Positions 1 through 6,501 of a DNA stretch of 64,000 bases are shown one piece after another. The notes under the pieces were generated by a model. That model ran no database searches. It saw nothing but the letters and a program-made list of their open reading frames with translations, and had not been told where the DNA came from. Each line of letters starts with the position of its first letter. Positions within the stretch are counted from its first letter, which is position 1. Source of the stretch: Candidatus Aenigmatarchaeota archaeon (GTDB lineage: Archaea > Aenigmatarchaeota > Aenigmatarchaeia > QMZP01 > QMZT01); contig CAVSBQ010000002.1 of assembly GCA_963726265.1 (NCBI GenBank), forward strand, positions 959,334 through 1,023,333, read 5' to 3'. The translations under genes and the position numbers were made by a program.

Positions 1-1
1 C

Positions 2-205
2 AGCTTCCAGGACAGGCTCGATGACATAAAGACTTTGTTTCTCGCAGAGCACGGCAGGGAATATTCCATAGAGTTCACCTATTCCCTAAACTGCTCGGCC
101 TGGTCCAATGCTCAGCCGTCGCCTTCGCCGCTGCGCATAACCATAAGCGTAACCAGCCGCGGCAGCGACACCAGGGGGACGTTCGATTTTTACCACAAAC
201 AATAA
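2..205 (+). CDS. 3' end of an unidentified protein; ORF is open to the window start
   Basis: Frame 2 is open from nt 2 to TAA at 203-205 (SFQDRLDDIKTLFLAEHGREYSIEF...). There is no start codon in the window, so it is absent from the ORF track. No family recognised. Confidence 0.3.
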   Translation, partial: SFQDRLDDIKTLFLAEHGREYSIEFTYSLNCSAWSNAQPSPSPLRITISVTSRGSDTRGTFDFYHKQ

Positions 206-231
206 AAGGGGGTCGCCACCAATAATAAAGC

Positions 232-450
232 ATGCTAGAACAAAACGAAAAACAGATTCTCGGCATTTTCGGCCAGCGCCTTCTCATCAGGAAGGACGAG
301 CTCAGGTCCGTGCTGAACCAGAACGGCTTGAATGACGGCATCATGGTTGTCAACAGGCTTAGCGGGCTCGGCTACCTGAAAATGATAGAAGCCGTCGGGT
401 CGCCATGCTACACGATAACCCAAGAGGGGCTTCGCGCCATCAAAAGCTGA
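232..450 (+). CDS. small winged-helix-like DNA-binding protein, family unassigned
   Basis: 72 aa. The pattern ...LRSVLNQNGLNDGIMVVNRLSGLGYLKMIE...YTITQEGL resembles a wHTH recognition helix plus wing. Confidence 0.35.
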   Translation: MLEQNEKQILGIFGQRLLIRKDELRSVLNQNGLNDGIMVVNRLSGLGYLKMIEAVGSPCYTITQEGLRAIKS

Positions 451-544
451 AAACCCCTCTCACTTTCTTTTTTATTTCAAGCAAAACAAATCAGTTAATA
501 GACAGCAGACCGACAGCCTGCTGCAGGCTGTCCTTCGAGACATC

Positions 545-668
545 AGCCCCGTAGTCTAGTGGCCAAGGATACCAGGCTTTGGGTTCGCAAAGTCCAAAAC
601 TTTGAGCAGGCCTTGCCTGCCATGAAAGAAGAAACCTGGCGACGGCGGTTCAAATCCGCCCGGGGCTA
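545..668 (+). tRNA. tRNA-Gln(UUG) with a putative ~51-nt intron (about 583-633) at position 37/38
   Basis: Acceptor AGCCCCG/CGGGGCT with an A1-U72 pair typical of archaeal tRNA-Gln. T-arm GGCGG-TTCAAAT-CCGCC. Anticodon stem CCAGG (572-576)/CCTGG (635-639). Loop CTTTGG then the insert. Discriminator A668; no encoded CCA. Confidence 0.7.
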
Positions 669-671
669 TTC

Positions 672-1451
672 TCAAACTTCCTTGAGCTGCTCCCTGAACT
701 CCTTCGCCTTCTCCTCGAGAATCTGGACTGCCTTTCCGACTATGTATTCGGGCCCGAGGCCTGAAATGCTCTCGACCTTGAAGACGAATTTCGTGGCGTC
801 GCCGATCACTTTCGCCTCGCCGCCGCTCGCGTCCTCGCACATCTTGCACTCATCGCATAAAAACGGTTCGGTAATCACGAGCTTCCTGTTTTTGGTCTCG
901 ATTATGCCCTTCGGGCAGGCGCTGGTTATCTTCTTGGCGTCCTCCGAACTCGCAGCCTCGAGCGCAGGCAGGTTGCTGTAGGAGACGTTCGCCGCCTGGA
1001 ACTTGGCGTGCTCCCTGCCGGTTCCGAGCCTTGCCGTCGCCTCGAGCTTGAGGCGCTGCGCCTTGAGAAGCTTGACTATGGGGAAATCCGGCGAAGTCGG
1101 CTTGACAGCCTTGTTGGAAGACTTGAGGTCGGAAGAATAAACCATCAAAGGCCCCGTCTTATCGAGCGCGAAAAACACCTGGCATGATGGACAGCCTTTC
1201 CCCTCGCACTTGCATTCATTCTGCAAGTTGAACTTGTCCGGGTCGAACGTCAGGGGGAGCATGCCCAGCCTGTGCGCGATTATCTCGTCGAAAAGCGCGG
1301 ACGTGTTGTCGTGGAACTCCGTGGCGTCGATAGTCATGTTCGGGATTTCTGCTATCATTATCCTGCGCAGGGTGTTGGCGAACGCGGCGTTCGTCCCCTC
1401 GAGAAGAAACCTGAAATTCTCTCCCTTCCTGCTGATGACCTTCATTTTCAA
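672..1451 (-). CDS. rpoD: DNA-directed RNA polymerase subunit D (Rpo3)
   Basis: 259 aa. The N-terminus (FANTLRRIMIAEIPNMTIDATEFHDNTSALFDEIIAHRLGMLPL) matches the archaeal RpoD/eukaryotic Rpb3 pattern. Cys motifs (CKCEGKGCPSC; ACPKG...CDECKMC) are consistent with the Fe-S domain seen in some archaeal D subunits. Confidence 0.85.
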   Translation of the reverse strand: MKMKVISRKGENFRFLLEGTNAAFANTLRRIMIAEIPNMTIDATEFHDNTSALFDEIIAHRLGMLPLTFDPDKFNLQNECKCEGKGCPSCQVFFALDKTGPLMVYSSDLKSSNKAVKPTSPDFPIVKLLKAQRLKLEATARLGTGREHAKFQAANVSYSNLPALEAASSEDAKKITSACPKGIIETKNRKLVITEPFLCDECKMCEDASGGEAKVIGDATKFVFKVESISGLGPEYIVGKAVQILEEKAKEFREQLKEV

Positions 1452-1603
1452 GCAACCACCTTCATGCCCTTTACACCTTTATTAAATAATAACTATAATT
1501 AAAGGAATTAGTGATATAAAAACTTTAAAGTATATAAACTTTAGCAAAGGGCAAAATCAGAAGCCGGCCGACATGGACGGAGTCTATGTCATGCGCTGGT
1601 CAT

Positions 1604-1743
1604 GCGGGGGTACCCAAGCGGTCAACGGGGCTGGGCTAAGGTTCACGGCTTTGTCCGAAATCTAGCCCGAAGAGAGGCTTGTCCTCTATGATTAGATACC
1701 CAGTGGCTTAGTGCCTTCCAGGGTTCGAATCCCTGCTCCCGCA
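1604..1743 (+). tRNA. class II tRNA-Leu with a 56-nt BHB intron (1642-1697); the anticodon reads AAG by eye
   Basis: Acceptor GCGGGGG/CTCCCGC. T-arm CAGGG-TTCGAAT-CCCTG. Long variable arm TGGCTTAGTGCCTTC. Discriminator A1743. Anticodon stem CTGGG (1631-1635)/CCCAG (1699-1703). CTAA (1636-1639) pairs with TTAG (1692-1695) and is flanked by the 3-nt bulges GGT and ATA. Confidence 0.7.
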
Positions 1744-1744
1744 T

Positions 1745-2329
1745 ATGGATTTTTTTGACTTCTTGGAAGAGGCCAGGAAGCTGAAGCGCCTTAAGCGCAC
1801 GGGCTGGGTCCTGAAAGGCGTGAAAGCGCCGGAAAGCGTCGCCGACCATTCTTTCATGCTGGCCGTTCTCGCTTATCTTTATTCTAAAAACCTGCATCTT
1901 GACACGGACAAGTGCGTGAAAATTGCGCTCGTCCATGACATAGGCGAGGCGTTCTCGGGCGACATTCCCGACCGCGTCAGGGACGAGGAGCGGAGCGTCC
2001 CTCTCGCGAGGAAAAGGGCATGGAAGCGAGAAGGCATGGAAAGGATGCTTTCGCTTCTTCCGGCTGCGGAGGCTAAAGAAGTCCGCGGCCTCTGGGAAGA
2101 GTTCACGGAAAGAAAAACGAAAGAAGCGCAACTGGTGAAGGACCTGGACAAGCTGGAGATGTGCATGCAGGCTTTGGAATATGCCAGGGCGGACAAAAAC
2201 AAAAACAAGTTCGCGGAGTTCTTTGAGGACGGGAGAAAGAACATAAAAACGCCGGAGATAAGACGTATCTTCGAAAAGGTGCGCGCTGATTTTAAGCTTA
2301 TTGCCGAAAAAAACCGCGATGATATTTAA
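1745..2329 (+). CDS. HD-domain phosphohydrolase, YfbR-like 5'-deoxynucleotidase family
   Basis: 194 aa with RLKRTGW...SVADHSFMLAVLA...LVHDIGEAFSGDI, i.e. the H...HD...D metal-binding pattern. Confidence 0.75.
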   Translation: MDFFDFLEEARKLKRLKRTGWVLKGVKAPESVADHSFMLAVLAYLYSKNLHLDTDKCVKIALVHDIGEAFSGDIPDRVRDEERSVPLARKRAWKREGMERMLSLLPAAEAKEVRGLWEEFTERKTKEAQLVKDLDKLEMCMQALEYARADKNKNKFAEFFEDGRKNIKTPEIRRIFEKVRADFKLIAEKNRDDI

Positions 2330-2352
2330 CCGTCCGCAACCAAGATATTTGT

Positions 2353-3822
2353 ATGGCAGCGCTCGACCCCTATCTTGTTATAGGCCTGGCCGTTTTCGCA
2401 GTGGGGACCATCCTGCTGTGGAAAATGAAGTTCAAGCACTACCTCATTTTCTTCATGCTCGAGACCAGGCACGGCCTGAATTTCGTTGACAGGGTAGCGA
2501 GGCTTTCTCCGTCGTTCTGGAAGTTCTTCGGCGACATGGCAGTCGTCGTTTCGTTCGGCGGCTGCGGGGCGTATTACGTCGCGAGGCACAGGAACACGTG
2601 GCTCATAAACCTCCTGCTGGGCCTGTTCTGTCTATACTTCGTTTATGCGGCCTTCGGCCTTTTCGCATCGCTCGCAGGCTTCGCGCTCCTTGCGGCAGGC
2701 GTTTTCGCGCTGCGCAAAAAGGAAAGGCCGCTCCTGCATTTCATCGCTTCTGCCGTGCTGATGGGCATAGTCATGTTCGCGATATACCCCGGCTTTTCCA
2801 GCGTCGACCTTTTCAGACCTTTCGTGGCGCTGATAGTCGGCGTATTCGGCGTTCCTGCTTTTCTGATAAGCATGCTTTTCTCCCAGGCCTCGAAGATACT
2901 CATCGAGCAGAGCACGATTCCCGGCGTATCGCCGCTGCTGCCGACGGTAAGCAGCGAAGGGCCGGGCTTCTTCTTCCCCGGGACCGGCATATTCATCCCG
3001 CTCTGGCAGGCCATAATAGCCATGATCTGCCTGCTGGTTCCTCACGAGTTCGCGCACGGCGTCGTGGCCCGCGCGCATAAGATAAGGCTCAAGTCCACAG
3101 GCGTTCTTACGGCGGGACCAGTCCCGGTCGGCGCGTTTGTCGAGCCGGACGAGAAGGCGATGAAGCTGCGCAGGAGCAGGGATAGGATGAGAGTATATGC
3201 GGTCGGTTCGTTCACCAACATCATAGTTGCGATAATATCCCTGCTGCTGCTGGCGAACGTCATGGCGCCGCTGCTGGATGTCATAACCGAGCCGACAGGC
3301 ATGGAGGTGACGAACGTCCTCAACGCGACGCCTGCATACGGCGTGCTCCAGAAGGGCTACGTCATAAAGGAGATTAACGGCGTGCCCGTGACGGATGCGG
3401 CTTCGTTCAATGCGATAACCGCGGGCCTCAAGCCCGGCCAGGCCGTGGCTTTCGTGACGACGAATGGCACGTTCAACCTCACGCTTCTGCCGAGGCCCGA
3501 CAACGCGAGCCGCGGCTACATAGGCATCGACCTGCAGGAGACGTTCGAGCTGAAGGGCGAGTTCAAGGACAAATACAGGCTGCAGGCGGACGCCGTGTTC
3601 TTCCTCACCCCGACGATATTCTGGGTGTTCTTCCTCAGCTTCAACATCGCGCTCGTGAACCTCCTTCCCATAATGCCGTTCGACGGCGGCAAGATGTTCG
3701 AGGAGATGATGCAGGAGTTCAGGGTGAAGAGGAAGCGCAAGGACATGATACTGAAGCTCGTGATAGCCCTGATACTCGCCCTGCTGCTAGTCAATGCGCT
3801 GCCGCTGCTAAAGCTCATATAG
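2353..3822 (+). CDS. M50 family site-2 metalloprotease with a PDZ-like insert
   Basis: 489 aa and multi-pass hydrophobic. Has HEFAHGVVA (HExxH) and NLLPIMPFDGG (NxxPxxxxDG). The region between them (KEINGVPVTDAASF...) is PDZ-like. Confidence 0.8.
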   Translation: MAALDPYLVIGLAVFAVGTILLWKMKFKHYLIFFMLETRHGLNFVDRVARLSPSFWKFFGDMAVVVSFGGCGAYYVARHRNTWLINLLLGLFCLYFVYAAFGLFASLAGFALLAAGVFALRKKERPLLHFIASAVLMGIVMFAIYPGFSSVDLFRPFVALIVGVFGVPAFLISMLFSQASKILIEQSTIPGVSPLLPTVSSEGPGFFFPGTGIFIPLWQAIIAMICLLVPHEFAHGVVARAHKIRLKSTGVLTAGPVPVGAFVEPDEKAMKLRRSRDRMRVYAVGSFTNIIVAIISLLLLANVMAPLLDVITEPTGMEVTNVLNATPAYGVLQKGYVIKEINGVPVTDAASFNAITAGLKPGQAVAFVTTNGTFNLTLLPRPDNASRGYIGIDLQETFELKGEFKDKYRLQADAVFFLTPTIFWVFFLSFNIALVNLLPIMPFDGGKMFEEMMQEFRVKRKRKDMILKLVIALILALLLVNALPLLKLI

Positions 3823-3914
3823 CCGGAGGCGCTAAAATAAAGCGTACGGATGCTCAGCATTCAAAAAGCGTTCAAAACAGTTCAAAGCAGAAATGATGAC
3901 AGAGCGGAGGTGTT

Positions 3915-4256
3915 ATGATGGAAAAAAGCGTCAACGTCCAGATAGACCACAGGGATGCGGGCTTCTTCTCGGATGCCGTCAGCATAATATACAACCCGTC
4001 GAAGTTCATACTCGACTTCAAGCAGAACACGCCGAGGATAGACCAGATACAGGACAAGCAGCAGCAGACCATCGCGGTCAAACACAACGTCATAATCATG
4101 GACATCAAGTTCGCGAAAATCTTCCTCGAGACGCTGAAGAAGTCCGTGGCTGGCTTCGAGAAGAAACACGGCGAAATAAAGATGCCCAAGCTGCAAAGGA
4201 AAGCGGTCGAAAAGCCTGACGTGTTCACGGGCAAGGAAGAAGGGTATATAGGATAG
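3915..4256 (+). CDS. DUF3467-like small protein
   Basis: 113 aa. FFSDAVSIIYNPSKFILDFKQ matches the DUF3467 signature as I remember it. Confidence 0.45.
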   Translation: MMEKSVNVQIDHRDAGFFSDAVSIIYNPSKFILDFKQNTPRIDQIQDKQQQTIAVKHNVIIMDIKFAKIFLETLKKSVAGFEKKHGEIKMPKLQRKAVEKPDVFTGKEEGYIG

Positions 4257-4371
4257 AGCCTGAACCCTGCAACTTTTAGCTGGTTAGAATATAGAAGAAT
4301 TTAGCCTGGGCTATAAAAGAAAAATAAAAAATGAACCTTTGTTTTTGGTTTTAACTGAGCTGTGAGCTTAA

Positions 4372-4605
4372 TTAAAACTCAAGTATCTTTTCAGAGATGA
4401 ATTTCTTTATCTCGTCTTCGTCCGGTACTGCAATAGATCTCTTGAATTTCTTCGTTCCGTCTGGAAGAAAGAATCCACGAGATATTGCTATGAACTCATT
4501 TTCCCCGGTGTCGGTCGTTGCTTTCTTTCTCGCGACTTCGAGGAAGTTGTTCCTACCGAATTTCACTTCTTCTGCTTTCACAGTTTCGAATGTTACGTTT
4601 GGCAT
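4372..4605 (-). CDS. small hypothetical protein (possibly PC4/YdbC-like ssDNA-binding fold)
   Basis: 77 aa. A GGAGGG Shine-Dalgarno-like motif lies about 8 nt upstream of the ATG on the minus strand. The fold guess is weak. Confidence 0.35.
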   Translation of the reverse strand: MPNVTFETVKAEEVKFGRNNFLEVARKKATTDTGENEFIAISRGFFLPDGTKKFKRSIAVPDEDEIKKFISEKILEF

Positions 4606-4804
4606 ATTTATCCCTCCGTTTATAGTTTAGTAACCTATATACTATATTATATATATATAAAGGTATCGCCAGGGTGGCCATGGCTGGGTGCAGGGTCCGG
4701 GCAGCACTTAACCGCGGCCGGAGCCGTGCGCAAAGCCGCCCCAAAAGCCGCGAAAAGGCCGCATGCAAAGCTCGTATATAAACCCGGCGGCATAAACTTA
4801 TAAT

Positions 4805-5254
4805 ATGCCAGCCAGGAGCGACAGCGAATACCTGATAATGACCATTTTCCTGATAGGCATAATAATTTCTATCTACTACCTCATTTCGATGATGACGGCC
4901 GGAGCGGACGCCATGGCCATATTCGAGAAGACCATCCTTATCGGCGTGATAATAGCGATACTCATCGCCCTGGCCATAGTCCTGCTCAAGCAGATGGAGC
5001 TCAAGGAGCAGATCGAGGCCATCGGGCAGCCGCAGCCCGGGGCGGCCGCAAAGAGGACGGCGAAAGACGTGAAGAGCGATATGATGAGGATATACAGGGA
5101 CATGGGCGCCATGAAAATCGTCCTCACGGACAAGCTCATAGACAAGGCGACCTACGACAAGGAGAGGAAGGACCTGGACAAGAGAATCGCCGCTCTGAAA
5201 AAGGAATACGAGAAGCTGACGAAGCCAGCAAAGCCAATAAAGCCGAAGAAATAA
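4805..5254 (+). CDS. membrane-anchored coiled-coil protein, hypothetical
   Basis: 149 aa with two N-terminal hydrophobic helices and a charged C-terminal half. A TATA-like cgtatataaac lies about 23 nt upstream, suggesting a leaderless transcript. Confidence 0.4.
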   Translation: MPARSDSEYLIMTIFLIGIIISIYYLISMMTAGADAMAIFEKTILIGVIIAILIALAIVLLKQMELKEQIEAIGQPQPGAAAKRTAKDVKSDMMRIYRDMGAMKIVLTDKLIDKATYDKERKDLDKRIAALKKEYEKLTKPAKPIKPKK

Positions 5255-5286
5255 GAAACAGATTTCTTAATTTTGCGCGCCGGACT

Positions 5287-5538
5287 TCAGAGCATCCCGT
5301 TCTCTTTCAGGATTCTGGTTATCTTCTCGAGCGAGAGTACCATCGCTTCAAAACGCCTGTTCAGGTCGTCCGTGAGCTGGTCCGTGTGGTGGCGCTTCTG
5401 GTCGAAAACCTTGAGGTCGCGCATGACGCTCTCGAGAGACGTGCATAGCGTGTGCATCTCAGGCCCGCCCGACTCGGCGCGCGTGTTAAGAAACTTCAAC
5501 TCGTCGTCTATCTTCCCCGTCAGATTTTTCCTTCCCAT
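5287..5538 (-). CDS. small hypothetical coiled-coil protein
   Basis: 83 aa. It abuts the stop codon of htpX on the same strand. Confidence 0.35.
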   Translation of the reverse strand: MGRKNLTGKIDDELKFLNTRAESGGPEMHTLCTSLESVMRDLKVFDQKRHHTDQLTDDLNRRFEAMVLSLEKITRILKENGML

Positions 5539-6390
5539 CTAATCAACCTCCGTCGCCTCAGGCGGCTCAGGCATGCCCTCGTGGGCCATGTCCTCCAGGC
5601 GCTTCGCTCTTCTTGCTGTCGGCGGGTGCGTGGAGAAAAGCCGCGTCATCCCCTCCCTCTTGAAAGGGTCTATGGTCCATACGCTTTCGTATGCAGGCGA
5701 GCCGGACATGGGGTTCTGCCTCGCGGTCTCGCTCATCTTCTTGAGCGCCGAGGCCAGGTCGGCCGGCTTGCCCGAATACCTCGAGCCGTAGTAGTCAGCA
5801 TTATATTCCCTTCTCTCGGAAAGCGCGATTTTCAGGAGCGCGACGGCCAGCGGGATGAAAACGACCGTGTAGCGCAGCACGTTCGCAAGGACGACCGCGA
5901 CGTCCTGCACCAGCGTGTCGCTGTTCGCTATGTGGCGTATTTCATGCGCCACTACGCTCTCCTTCTCGCCTTTGTTGAGGCTGAGCAACCCTTCTGTCAC
6001 GCATACGCTCGCCTTGTTCCCGCGGCCCGTAGCAAAGGCGTTCGGAACGTCAACGGGCGAGATGTAGATTCTCGGCGCGGGGATTTTCGCGTTCATGGCC
6101 ATGCCATCGACTGTTGCGTTGAGCTCCTTGTTTTCGCTGGGCTTCGCATGGTATCTCCTGAGGATTATGCCCGGCGCATAAAGATACGCGGCCACCGTCA
6201 TGAGCAGCGAAATGAGGAAGGCCAGCGCTCCCAGGAAAACCACCGCCCAGGCGCCGAAGAGGAAGCTGAGAAGGAAGCCTATCGCAGCGCCTATGGCTGT
6301 CGAGATTGCAACGAAAAACAGCGAAATGCCTATTGCCCTGAGCGCCATCAAAACACCTGATTTAATGCCCGGATTTAACCCCGGGCCCAT
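5539..6390 (-). CDS. htpX: M48 family zinc metalloprotease HtpX
   Basis: 283 aa with N-terminal TM helices, VAHEIRHIAN (HExxH) and a C-terminal ...FSTHPPTARR motif typical of HtpX. Confidence 0.8.
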   Translation of the reverse strand: MGPGLNPGIKSGVLMALRAIGISLFFVAISTAIGAAIGFLLSFLFGAWAVVFLGALAFLISLLMTVAAYLYAPGIILRRYHAKPSENKELNATVDGMAMNAKIPAPRIYISPVDVPNAFATGRGNKASVCVTEGLLSLNKGEKESVVAHEIRHIANSDTLVQDVAVVLANVLRYTVVFIPLAVALLKIALSERREYNADYYGSRYSGKPADLASALKKMSETARQNPMSGSPAYESVWTIDPFKREGMTRLFSTHPPTARRAKRLEDMAHEGMPEPPEATEVD

Positions 6391-6501
6391 ATGAAATTAT
6401 TGTGCTGTTAACAATAAAAATGGCTGGCAGGGGCGGTAATAAAACAGGAGGAAAGAATACGGAAGAAGAGAGCTAAGGGTTGTTTAGGCTCCGCGGCCGC
6501 C

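Noticed and set aside
559-981. Plus-strand ORF 559..981 (140 aa) and ORF 12757..12969 (70 aa).
   Set aside because: Both start inside tRNA genes (tRNA-Gln and tRNA-His) and then run antisense to real genes. The sequence is not protein-like.
4668-4775. GC-rich, hairpin-prone spacer (CCAGGGTGGCCATGGCTGG..., GCGGC...GCCGC) between two AT-rich promoters, considered as a small ncRNA.
   Set aside because: I see no C/D or H/ACA boxes, no recognisable family, and no way to test conservation here. The overlapping ORF 4553..4768 is also not protein-like. Left unannotated.
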